This document shows, piece after piece, positions 1-10,611 of a stretch of 64,000 nt of DNA. The notes beneath the pieces were generated by a model, which did not search any database, was not told the origin of the DNA, and worked only from the letters and a program-made list of their open reading frames with translations. Source of the DNA: an uncultured bacterium (GTDB lineage: Bacteria; Verrucomicrobiota; Verrucomicrobiia; Limisphaerales; UBA8199). Every line of letters begins with the position of its first letter. The first letter of the stretch is position 1. The DNA is taken from assembly GCA_963749495.1 (NCBI GenBank), contig CAVVMW010000004.1:192001-256000 (forward strand), read 5' to 3'. The position numbers and the translations under genes were made by a program.

Positions 1-1
1 T

Positions 2-157
2 GCCGAAGCCGGTTTGGGGCAGGGGGACCTGTCGAAAATCAATATCCGCGGAGCCAGGCTGGCGGAGGTGACCAGGAAATACCGAATGCACGACGACATC
101 GAACGCGAGTTGCGCTGGATGGGCCCACTGAAGGAGATCCCGGAAAAGCTCGGATGA
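2..157 (+). CDS. 3' end of a gene entering the window (possibly DUF362-family)
   Basis: Open frame AEAGLGQGDLSKINIRG...YRMHDDIERELRWMGP...* ending at TGA 155-157; family guess from recalled similarity only. Confidence 0.5.
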   Translation, partial: AEAGLGQGDLSKINIRGARLAEVTRKYRMHDDIERELRWMGPLKEIPEKLG

Positions 158-292
158 GCGAGACGATCCCGGCCACCGCGCCCGTAATCGTTTGCCATCG
201 GCGAGATCTCGCCGGTTGGCCCGCGCGGCCTCCTTGTGTTACTAGTCGTCCGCCAGCTTGACCGGCAAATCGCCGGGGGTTATTCTTGCGAC

Positions 293-565
293 ATGAATGT
301 GGCTTCGACCGACCGGGCTCTGGTGGATCGGCTGCTTGAGCCGTTGAGCCGCTGCATCCGCGGGCAGGGTGAACAGGAACTGCTGAGGCTCCGCGCCGAC
401 ACGGCCGTTCAGGCGCGGATCGATGAACTGGCCGACAGGTGTGACGAAGGGACACTGACACCCGAGGAGCGCGTAGAGTACGAGACTTACGTCCGCTTCG
501 GGAATTTCGTGGCCGTTCTCCAGGCCAAAGCGCGGCTTCGGCGGAGTCGCGCCCCGGCGGGGTAA
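293..565 (+). CDS. Small helical putative antitoxin of the type usually found upstream of HNH genes in PVC bacteria
   Basis: 90 aa, 'LRADTAVQARIDELADRCDEGTLTPEERVEYETYV'; its stop overlaps an ATG stub (MNEAARQ). Confidence 0.6.
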   Translation: MNVASTDRALVDRLLEPLSRCIRGQGEQELLRLRADTAVQARIDELADRCDEGTLTPEERVEYETYVRFGNFVAVLQAKARLRRSRAPAG

Positions 566-749
566 TGAATGAGGCGGCCCGCCAGGCCGAAACCCGGCTG
601 GAGCCTCGGCCCAAAGCAGCCCCTGGCGGATACGCCAGACCGCTTGATGTTGGCGTGCCGATAGAGCAGGCGAACAGAGAGCGAGTGGGCGCGGGCTGAG
701 CCGGGTGAAAGCGTCAGACGGATCGTCAGGGGCCGGCCGCGTTGAAAAC

Positions 750-1290
750 TCAGGGCAGGGCGCATTCCTCGTGCTCGGTGCTGACGACGCAGTCCCGTTC
801 GTCGAAGAGATTGAAATAATACACCCGGGTTCCCGCCGGCAGGCTCGCGGTGACCCGGCCATCGGTTTGGCGGGCGGGTTTTGACTCCCATTTGCGGTCC
901 TGCCAGCGGCCAGTGTTCCTGGTGAAATTGAGCTCCGCTTTGAGCACCGGGACCTTCGCAGAATAGGCGGCCCAGACGTTTGTTCCCTCGCGACCGCAGC
1001 CGGTAATGACCGGGAGCGGCACCCCGCTCTTCAGGATGCTGTCGGCAAAAACCTGGATTTCCTTCGGATTCTCCCCAGGACCGCCGTGCCCGTGCGGCAT
1101 GCGCAGGCGCATGCAGAGTGAGCGCGGGCCTTTGGCGAGGCGATAGGAAAGCTGCAATGCATCCATAGTGTAGGCGAAGTGAGGTGGTCAAAGCCGCCCC
1201 AACCGGGAGGCCCGCCCCGCTCATCGCGGAACCATGCGCCGTAGTTGCCCACCGGGACCTGGCCGCAGGTGTCCATTTGGACAGCGAACC
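750..1290 (-). pseudogene. Alpha/beta hydrolase (acetylxylan esterase/dienelactone hydrolase-like) remnant with internal deletion
   Basis: N-part 'MDTCGQVP...GGPPGWGGFD' is joined out of frame to C-part 'HFAYTMDALQLSYRL...MPHGHG'; the middle appears missing. Confidence 0.55.
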
Positions 1291-1454
1291 GCCCGAGGAC
1301 AATACCAACCTGACTTGCATGCGTGATCCTCACGCAAAATGAGTGAAAATCACGCGCGGATCCAGCGTGGCCAGTCTCGGTACGCCGGTGTTTAGGCCGG
1401 AATCCGGCCCGGCACCAGAAATGCTAATGGATTTGGCTGTAATCCGTAAGGAAG

Positions 1455-4400
1455 ATGAAGCGGACGGTCGCCATTGGGATGACAGGTGTTTTCGCAGCCG
1501 CCTGGATTTGGTGGTTGTGCGCAGGGCACGCCCCGGGAGTGGGAGGCCCCCGCTCCCATCAGGCGCCTGGCTCTGAGCCGGCTTGGAAGGCGGACGCCAG
1601 TTCGAATAGGGCCGTGGCTGGCATCCAACAACGGGCCGGGAGGATACGCTCCGGCAGCCAACCGCCACAGCGGCCGCTTTTGGAGGGCCTCGTCCCCAGC
1701 AACGTGGCAGCGCGTCCCGCGATCGCTTTGGCGCCGCCGCGGAAGCGGCCCTGGGACCCTGCGTTTCTGAGCAGCCTGAGCCGCGCCGCCGCAGGCGATT
1801 CCATTGGATTCGAGTTGGTGAGTGGGGAAAGGGCTGTGGGCACCATTCGGCACGCGCAACGCGGCGAGCACTCGCTCATCTGCGTTTCGGGCGAATTGAC
1901 CGCTCCGGAAAGAGGACGTTTCTTTTTTCAGAAGCAAACCCGCCCTGGGCACGCAGGCGATTATGTGGGCGTGGTTGAACTGCCTGGGAGCGGACGGGCC
2001 TATCGGATCGAGCCGAGCGGTCCCGGGGGCAGCCCTGAGTTGGTCGAGCGGCCCCTCGGCGCAGTCCTCTGTCTGAGGTTGCCCCTGCCGGAGAACCGAG
2101 GCACGAACCAGACCGAGCAGATCCCTCCGCTCAGCCCGGGCAATTTCCCCGACCTGCCGATAGCGGGGTATCAAAACGGCATCGTCAGCCTCGAGAGTCT
2201 GCACGGAGCCACTGCGGTGGTCTATCTGGATTTCCAGGGCGGCTACACCCCCACTTGGGGAGGCATCACCTACGCCGCTGCCGGCCTGAGCAACAGCCAA
2301 ATTCGCGCTCTCTGGGAGCACGTGGCCGGGGATTTCATGCCGTTCATGGTTAATATCACTACGGATCTCAGCGTATATCAAAATGCGCCTGAAGGGAGCC
2401 GCCAGCGCGTCATTATCACGCCCTCGGACAGCGCGCAGCCCGATGCCGGCGGTGTGGCGTACGTCGGCTCCTTCAACTGGACAGGCGATACTCCGTGCTG
2501 GGTGTTCACCAGCCTGGGCTTGTATTGCGCAGTGGCCTGTTCGCACGAGATCGGGCACACCCTGGGTTTGATCCACGATGGCCAGCAAATCGGCGGCACT
2601 CACGTGGAGTATTTCGAGGGGCAAGGGAACAGTGCGCTGAGCTGGGCACCCATTATGGGGGCTCCCTACTGGAAGAGCGTCTCCCAATGGAGCAAGGGGG
2701 AGTATCTTTACGCCAACAACCCCGAGGATCAACTGGCTATCATTGCCTCCCAAAACAACAATGTCGCCTATCGGACCGACGATACCGGCGCCACTCTGGA
2801 GACCTCCCGATTCCTGGAAACGTATTCGGACAGCACTGCCGGCGCGGAGGGGGTGATCGAACGCACTGCCGGCGTGAATGCCTTTCAATTCACCACCGGG
2901 GGCGGAGCTGTGTCACTGCGGGCGGACCCCCTGAGCGCCGGGGGACCCTTGGCGATTCAGGTCGAACTGTGCGACGCGAGCAACATCGTGTTGGCTTGCA
3001 GCAACCCCCAGGACACTCTTTGGGCTGCATTGAGCACCAACCTGCCTGCCGGCACCTACACCTTCCGGGTCATGGGGGCTGGCCGATATGACCCGTTGAC
3101 CAACGGTTTTTCCTCTTACGGGAGCCTGGGCTACTATTCCATCACCGGTTCGGTGGCCAACGCGCGTGTGGCCAACCGCTTTTCGATCCGGGAGCATTCG
3201 CCCAACAAGAGCGTGGTCGGCTCGGTGCCGGCCCACAGCCCCAGCGGTGACAGACTGACTTATTCCATTGTTTCCGGCAATTCAGGAAACACCTTCGCCA
3301 TTGACAATGCGGGCACCTTGACCGTAGCCGACAACCGCCTGCTGGATTACCCAACCCTGGCCGCCCAGACCACTCTGGCGGTGCAGTTCGATTTGCTTGT
3401 GGATATCACCGACGAGCAGGACCCGGGTCTGACCGAAACGCATCGCCGGGTTGTGGTGGCTGTCACTCCCGCATCCACACCCCCGATCATCCTTCAGCAG
3501 CCGCAGAGTCTGAGCGTTCTGGTGGGCGCCACGACCGTTTTCACCGTCACTGCCACAGGCGATGAGCCTCTCTACCCGCTTTCCTATCAGTGGTTGTTCA
3601 ATGGCGCTTCGATCTCAGATGCAACGGCATCTGAACTGCTCATGCCTGACGCCCAATTGCGGAACTCCGGGAGTTACAATGTGACTGTCAGCAATGCAAT
3701 GGGCGTGACGACCAGCGCCACGGCGAATCTTACCGTCCTGCCGGCGCCGCCTTGCATTACGGCGCAACCCTCGTCACAGGCCGTTTTCCCGGGCTTGGGC
3801 GCCAGTTTCCAGGCCTCGGCAATCGGCACCGCCCCCCTGGCTTATCAATGGCAGTTCAATGGCGCCAATCTCCCGGGCGAAACGAATCCATCCCTTGATC
3901 TCACGAATGTGCAATCGGCCGATGTCGGCTGGTACCGGCTCATCGTGACCAATTTGGCTGGCAGCGCAGCCAGCAGCAATGCCGCCTTGGCCGTTGTGCC
4001 GGTCGCCGCCTGGGGGTGGGACGCGGATGGCCAAACCGACGTGCCGATTGAGGCGACCAACCTGGTCCAAATTTCGGCCAGCGCCACCCACAGTCTGGCC
4101 CTGGCGCGAGACGGGCACATCATTGCGTGGGGCTCAGGGCTGCAAGCCAAGGTCCCTCCCGGCCTGCCCGACATCGTGAGCGTGGCCGCCGGGGAAACCC
4201 ACAGCCTTGCCCTGAGCAGCGATGGCAGGGTATTTTGCTGGGGGGACAACAGCGCCGGACAGGCTGCCGTGCCGGCGGGCCTGAGCAATGTGGTGGCCAT
4301 TGCCGCTGGAGGCAGCCACAACCTGGCGCTCAAGCGCGATGGCACAGTGACCGCCTGGGGCCTGAACAGCCTGGGCCAGGCGGCCGTGCCGCCCGGGCTG

Positions 4401-7338
4401 ACCAATATCGCGGCGATCGCCGCGGGTGCCGATTTCAGCCTGGCTCTGAGCGGCCAGGGAACGGTCTTTGCCTGGGGCGACAACGCGCGGGGCCAGACCA
4501 ATGTCCCGCCTTACCTTGCGGAGGTTGTCGCTATTGCGGCGGGCGGCCAGCATTGCCTGGCCTTGCTCAGCGACGGGACGGTCACTGCCTGGGGTGACAA
4601 CTTCTACGGCCAATCCGCCGTTCCTGCCGGGCTCTCGAACGTCGCCGCTGTCGCTGCGGGTGCCCTCCACTCACTGGCCTTGAGAGAGGACGGCACCCTG
4701 GCAGGCTGGGGCGCCGGAAGCAACTCCGCAGGGCAATACCCGATCTCGGGCCAGGCGATGATTGCGACGAATCTGGTCCACATGACGGCCATTGGCGCCG
4801 GCACGGCGCACAGCCTGGCGCTGGTTGGAGAGGGCGCGCCGTTCATTACACAACCGCCGGTGGGCCAGACTGTGTACCGCGGGACCCGCGCGATGTTCAG
4901 GGCCGCGGCTTCCGGCGCGCTGCCTCTAGCCTATCAATGGCAGCTCAACGGGACAAATCTGCCTGGGGCTACCGACCGAGTATTGATTCTCGCGGAGGCC
5001 GTGCAAGCCGGCGATTGCCGTGTCGTGGTCAGCAACCTCTTTGGAGTGACCGTCAGCGCCGCGGCGAACCTGGCCCTGGTGGACCAACCCCCTTACGTTG
5101 TGGTTCAGCCTCGGAGCCAGATCGGGTACGTCGGCGGCCAAGTCACCCTCCAAATCCTCGCGGGCGGCTCCGGACCACTGACTTACCAGTGGTACGCTGA
5201 CAGCACCGGCATCCCCGGAGCCACCAATGGGGTGCTGACGGTCAGTGACCTGCCTCAGAATCAATCTGTGGGCTACTGCGTAGTGGTGAGCAACTCCCTG
5301 GGAACGGTCACCAGTGTCACAGCCCGCGTCAGCACGTCGGCCCAGGTGCTGGGGTGGGGCGCGGGAACCGACCGATCCGGCAACCCCGATTTTGGCCAAT
5401 CCATGGTGCCCGCCGGGTTGAACGGAGTCGTGCGCCTGGCCGGCGGCGCTTTCCACACCCTCGCGCTCAAGGCCGATGGGACCGTCGTGGCCTGGGGCGC
5501 CGGCGCCAAATGTTTCAAGCGATCCGCATTTCGGCCAGTCCATGGTGCCGGCTGGTTTGGGGAATGTGGTAGCGATCGCCGCGGGCGGCTATCATAGCCT
5601 GGCGCTTAAGGCGGACGGGACCATCACGGCCTGGGGGCTGGGAGCTTACGGTGCGACCACCGTTCCGGCGGGCCTGAACAACGTCGTTGCCATCGCTGCG
5701 GGTGACTTCCACAGCCTCGCCTTGAAAGGCGACGGGCGCGTGGTGGTTTGGGGCGGCGACCTCTATGTGAACAACGTTCCGATCGAGGCGACTGATGTGA
5801 TCGCCATTGCCTCCGCAGGCTCCAATATCATTGGGCTCAGGTCGGATGGCACGCTGGTCCGATGGGGTGACTCCGCCGTTGTCCCCTGGGACTCAGGTTT
5901 TATCGCCGTGGCCGCCGGAGCGGGTGAGTGCCTTGCCCTGGACAGCCGCGGCAGGGTGATCTCACCGGATTATAATGACCTGCCAGCGGACATGCCCGCG
6001 GTGAGCGCCATTGCGGCCGGCTTTCTGCACAACCTGGCCCTCAAACCGGACGGGACAATCTTTGGCTGGGGATTGTTAGCCGGCGTCCTCGGCATGGACC
6101 AAATCCCTGTCGGCCTGACCAACGTGATCAACATCGCCTGTGGAGACTTCCACAATTTGGCTGCCGTGGCGGCCCCGGCTGTGACCATCAAGGCCGAACC
6201 CCCCGATCGAGTGGTCGAATCGGGTGGCCAGACGCTCTTCAGTGTGACCGCAGCAGGCGCTCGACCGCTCAGCTTCCGCTGGCAGTTCAATGGGATCGAC
6301 GTGCCGGGCGCTCCGGGCGAGTGGTTTAGGCTCAGCGGCGTGCGAGCCACCGATGCAGGCAGCTACCGTGTCGTCGTGAGCAATCTCTTCGGCGCGGTGA
6401 CCAGCCGAATCGCCAAGCTCGTGGTGCTCCCCTCTCTCGCCCAGGCCCTCAACGCCACGGGCCTGGTGTGGACGGCTGCCGGCGACGCAGGGTGGTGGGT
6501 GCAAACTAATGTGACCCACGATGGCATCGCGGCCGCCCAATCCGCCCACGTCGGCGACGGCCAACAATCTTCGATCTGGACCACCGTGAGCGGGCCCGGC
6601 ACGGTGCATTTCTGGTGGAAGGTGTCCTCCCGACAGGACTATGATTATCTCATCTTCAGCGTCAATGGCACGATCGAGGCCGCGATCTCGGGCGAGGTGG
6701 GCTGGCAAGCCCAGAACCGCTCCGTGCTGGCGGGCGCGCACACCCTGGAATGGACCTATATTAAAGACCCCACAGTCACCGGCGGACAAGACGCCGCCTG
6801 GCTCGACCAGGTGTCCTTTGCAACCAATCCGCCCGTCATCACCTGTCAACCGGTCAGCCAGGTCGTTCCCATGGGAGCTAACGTGGTTCTGGGAGTGGCC
6901 GCATCGGGTCCCCCGCCCATTTCCTACAAGTGGTTCAAGGACGGGACTAATGTGCCGGGAGCCACCTCCACGAACCTCGTCCTGCGAAATGCGACGCGCC
7001 GCACCTCGGGCATCTATGCGGCGGCTGCGAGTAACCCGGGCGGCTCGACCCTCAGCAGCAATGCCTCCGTCCGGGTGCTCGTCCCGCAGAAGCTGGCCTC
7101 GCCTTCCCAGCTCAGTGGCCCGACATTTACGCTCCTCTCGGGCGATGCCGATGGCGGGGCTTTGCTGCCAACCGACTTGCCCGCTTTCCAAGCCCAGGCC
7201 AGCACCAACCTGGAGGTCTGGACCACCTTGACCAACAGCCTGTCGATAAGCAACGGAGTCCTCTGGCTTGTGGACCCGGAGTGCACCAACTACGACAGGC
7301 GGTTCTACCGCATTGGCGAGAGCGTTTCCGGCCCTTGA
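1455..7338 (+). CDS. Large secreted metzincin metallopeptidase with cadherin-like, Ig-like and RCC1-repeat domains; split by one frameshift near 5505
   Basis: HEIGHTLGLIH zinc motif plus SWAPIMG Met-turn; repeated 'AAG..HSLAL..DGTV.AWG' RCC1 units; 'P..YQW.FNG' Ig units; ORFs 1455-5597 and 5476-7338 continue the same repeat. Confidence 0.85.
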
Positions 7339-7388
7339 AATGAAGGAAGGGATCGGCTGTTTCGTGCATTCGCCCCAAGCGAGTCCCG

Positions 7389-7580
7389 CTAAAGGCCCTG
7401 GATAAAACCCCAACTGCCCCTCCGCTGATAGCGGTCAGTGATGTCGCTGGGACGCATCCAGACCACCCGGTCGCCCAGATGCTTGCGGATTCGTCCCACA
7501 ACCGTCGTGAAGGCCCGCCAGCCGACGCCTTTGGCCGGATTGAGCCCCTGCCAGTGGGAATACCAAAGGCAATACGGCGT
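7389..7580 (-). pseudogene. C-terminal fragment of a hypothetical protein
   Basis: Protein-like 'YCLWYSHWQGLNPAKGVGWRAF...VVWMRPSDI' with no N-terminus; abuts the RAYT stub. Confidence 0.4.
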
Positions 7581-7597
7581 TGGGGCTTCGCATGGTT

Positions 7598-7684
7598 GTC
7601 GCCAAAGGCCGCCTGTCCGCGGTGACCCCGTGCCCTCGCATGATAGATCGCCCCCGGATACTGGATGCGGACGGGCCTGGCCAT
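7598..7684 (-). pseudogene. N-terminal stub of a REP-associated tyrosine transposase (RAYT, Y1 HUH)
   Basis: MARPVRIQYPGAIYHARARG matches the typical RAYT start MARPLRI.YPGA.YHV..RG. Confidence 0.7.
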
Positions 7685-7739
7685 AACGCCGAGCGCGCGG
7701 GCAGGAACTGCCTCGCCTGTCAAGGACCTTGTGCAAATA

Positions 7740-8444
7740 TTACAGGACTGACCTTTTCCCCTTTGTCGCATCGCCGGTTTGTCGCGGGCTCAGGCAGTGC
7801 CCTCGCAACAACTTCAAGCACTGGGCGAGCATTCGACCGTCTTTGCCATTTGCAAACGCGGTGTACTTTTCTTGCTTCTGCCGAGCGAACGGGTTGATGA
7901 TCGTGAGAAACTTTTCCGATACATCACGGCCAATTAGGACGGTCATTTTCACACTATTGTTCTCGCTCGTGAGGAACTTCTCCGGTGCACGGCCAATGGA
8001 GGGGAACCCCAGATCTGGAATGGCGGCGATGAGAAACGCGCCCGCCGCTGGGGTCTTGCAGCCCGTAGGGCAGTTCCGCTGGTCAGTAAGCCGTTCCCCG
8101 CAGCCTGGGCAAAAGGGGCCGTCCAAGAATTGGTCGTAAACACTCAAGATCGCTAAATAGGATGGAACACTACGTTGGGCGTGCAGGCCAATTAGCGTGG
8201 TGGACATCGGGTCGAACAAATCCCCAGGGTACAAGCCGCAGCACTGGCCGATGCAAGACGCAGGTACGGCGGTCATGCCAGCGCCTGAATCAACCAACCC
8301 CCACCACTCTTGCAGGGCCCTGGTCTGTCCGTTCTGCTGACAAAAGCGAAATCCAACCTTCATGGTGGGATGGTTGCCATTGACGGCTGACGGCCTTTGC
8401 GCGATCAGGACTTCTGTGGGCGTGTGACGACACCAGACTCTCAT
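7740..8444 (-). CDS. Retropepsin-like aspartic protease with inserted Cys-rich zinc ribbon
   Basis: LVDSGA catalytic motif, C-terminal LIGRD motif, CPGC...CPTGC between them; RBS GAGGAGG upstream. Confidence 0.75.
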   Translation of the reverse strand: MRVWCRHTPTEVLIAQRPSAVNGNHPTMKVGFRFCQQNGQTRALQEWWGLVDSGAGMTAVPASCIGQCCGLYPGDLFDPMSTTLIGLHAQRSVPSYLAILSVYDQFLDGPFCPGCGERLTDQRNCPTGCKTPAAGAFLIAAIPDLGFPSIGRAPEKFLTSENNSVKMTVLIGRDVSEKFLTIINPFARQKQEKYTAFANGKDGRMLAQCLKLLRGHCLSPRQTGDATKGKRSVL

Positions 8445-8465
8445 GATCGCATCCTCCTCTTTAAC

Positions 8466-9128
8466 TCAAAGCCCGATTGTAAACATCTCGCAGATTTGTT
8501 CCTCCTTTTTCGGTGGGACGTACAGAACGGGTGACTTGATACCACGTTCGCACAAGGCCTGCCCCACTGCCGAGCGGCTGGGGCCGTGCGCGACAACGGT
8601 GCCACCCTTCACAGCGAGCCATTGGTCCGCACCATAGATGCGCCGCCAGTCGGGTTCAAAGTTCTCCAGCAGTTTTAAGTCGACAGAGAGATCATCTGGC
8701 GCACGCAGCTCAGCCACCTCCAACCCGCTGGCGAGTTTCGTGGGGTGTATGCCCAAAATCTCGGCAATGCGAACTTGAACGGCATCTAGGAAGTAGCTGT
8801 CAATGGGGTCACCAACCGCGCTCTTCAGTGCGTCCCGTGTGAGCGGCTTGCCAACAAGGACGACCAACGGCCCTATATGGCAAGCTCCGAAGCAGAGTCC
8901 CGGTGATTCCTGACCGATGCCCCCGGCACGCCAAGTGACTGACTTTCCCGACTTGCTGGCGATCGCCGAAAGGATGGTTTGGCGGTGTTCCGTGATCAGT
9001 GTTTCGGCCGCCGCCTCTCCGGAGACTAAATGGCCTTCAACCAAGTCGTAAAGATGCACCACCATGCACTCAAATGGACGATGTGCGAGCGCCTCATAGA
9101 TGCGCTGCTTGACGGAATTCTGATTCAT
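8466..9128 (-). CDS. Hypothetical protein with C-terminal DUF5678-like domain
   Basis: 'YGADQWLAVKGGTVVAHG' resembles DUF5678; the ~150-aa N-terminal region is unrecognised; ATGA overlap with the receiver gene. Confidence 0.65.
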   Translation of the reverse strand: MNQNSVKQRIYEALAHRPFECMVVHLYDLVEGHLVSGEAAAETLITEHRQTILSAIASKSGKSVTWRAGGIGQESPGLCFGACHIGPLVVLVGKPLTRDALKSAVGDPIDSYFLDAVQVRIAEILGIHPTKLASGLEVAELRAPDDLSVDLKLLENFEPDWRRIYGADQWLAVKGGTVVAHGPSRSAVGQALCERGIKSPVLYVPPKKEEQICEMFTIGL

Positions 9129-9598
9129 ACTCTAGTGTCGCCTTGGAAAAAGAGCTTGATGCGTTCCGCCACCAGCCAGGGTCTTTCCGGTTTGAGCCAG
9201 GATTCTTGGACCCGCAACGACACGAGTTCCTTCTGAGTATCTTCGTCTGGAACACAAGTCAAAACGAAGACGGGAACCTTGGCGGACACCCCTTTCTGGG
9301 CAAACTCGCCCTGCCGAATCTGACGGAGGAGTTCCATCCCCTTCCAACGGCAGGTGCTCTGGCTCTGCTGCGAAAGGGGTTGGGGCAGGTCGTCCGGCAG
9401 GATAAGGTCCAAGACGACGCCTGTGTAAGCGAGTTCACCCAATCTCCTCGCGGCCCCCCCTGCGGTCCGGGCGATTTCCACCTTAAAATCACGTTTGACC
9501 AACTGCTCTTCCAGAGCTTGAGAAGCCGGCGACTCATCCTCGATCAACAAAATCGTGCCGAGGCCGGGGGAGGGTCCTAGCGGGCTGTTAGCATTCAT
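9125..9598 (-). CDS. Single-domain response regulator (receiver)
   Basis: ILLIEDE, VVLDLILP (phospho-Asp), VFVLT, LKP motifs. Confidence 0.85.
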   Translation of the reverse strand: MNANSPLGPSPGLGTILLIEDESPASQALEEQLVKRDFKVEIARTAGGAARRLGELAYTGVVLDLILPDDLPQPLSQQSQSTCRWKGMELLRQIRQGEFAQKGVSAKVPVFVLTCVPDEDTQKELVSLRVQESWLKPERPWLVAERIKLFFQGDTRV

Positions 9599-9599
9599 A

Positions 9600-9902
9600 T
9601 TAATTCTGCCTTCTCGGTAGGGTGACTGTGAACGTTACGATGTGGCCGTCTTGCGGGGATTGTCTTGCGGGATCGTTCAGGAATGGGACACTCGAAACCT
9701 CGATTTTGCCACGATGCGCTTGCACGATCTTGCTCACGATCTTCAGCCCGATGCCAGTGCCGGGCACGAAACGTGTCCGGTCATCAACAACCCTGCGTTT
9801 GAACACCTGCTCGAAAATCAACTCATGATATTCAAGTGGAATGCCGGTACCCCTATCTTGGATGGAGAACTTCCATTGAAAGGAATTTGATCTTCGAGGC
9901 AA
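9600..9902 (-). pseudogene. C-terminal HATPase_c fragment of a sensor histidine kinase
   Basis: G1 box IQDRGTGIP, G2 box GTGIGL, TFTVTLP end; H and N boxes absent. Confidence 0.8.
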
Positions 9903-10446
9903 CGCTCCTTCGTTGCCGCTGCGCGGGTCGAGGTGAATTGGTCTTGTGTCCCGCTCATTCGGGCTTCATCCTGCCACAGGGGGGAGGAGGATGTCAAGAC
10001 GGTCTTTGGCCGTCTTTTGGCGGTTTTTGGCGGTTTTCGCCCAGCGAATGGGCGTTGAGCTGCGGCCGGTCGCCCCATTCGTTCTCTCGTCCAATTCCAG
10101 GTAGTGGGGGTGCCATCCCCCGGCGCGCCCAGCGCCAAATTGGAAAGCACGATGTCCCCTTGCTCCTGGTCGCGGCTCCAGAAGACGATCGGCACTGGCT
10201 CAGGAAAACCAAACCGAATCGGCTGCTCCACAAGTTCCTGGCAGGAAATAGTCATCTGCAGGATTCGCTCCTGGTCTCTCGCATTTGCTCGGGTTGGTTG
10301 AGTGTGATGAACAGGGTCTTAAAAACGGCAGTTGCCTTCGAGGACAATCTTCCTGCAAGCCCTCAACGGCGTCAACGGTCTCAGCGGTCGGACCCGGCAG
10401 TTTCAGTTGCATAAACCTCCAGGTCCGCCACGCTCATCTGGGCATT

Positions 10447-10518
10447 TCAACAGGAATGCGCTGCTTTTGTCGCAGACGGCTCGCCGCCTTCCCCTTCTGA
10501 ACCGTCCATGATAATCAT
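10447..10518 (-). pseudogene. rtcA: 12-codon N-terminal stub of RNA 3'-phosphate cyclase
   Basis: ATG at 10518 reads MIIMDGSEGEGG (RtcA start DGS.GEGGGQ), then diverges and stops; directly downstream of rtcB. Confidence 0.7.
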
Positions 10519-10526
10519 GCTTATTT

Positions 10527-10600
10527 AACCGCAGAGAGTGCAAAGGACGCAAAGAAGGAAGAACCGGCTGCTCTTTGTGTTCTCTGCGTTCTTTGCGGTT
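10527..10600. repeat. Inverted pair of 9-nt-periodic repeats
   Basis: AACCGCAGAGAGTGCAAAGGACGCAAAG ... CTTTGTGTTCTCTGCGTTCTTTGCGGTT. Confidence 0.75.
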
Positions 10601-10611
10601 GAATTGGCTAA

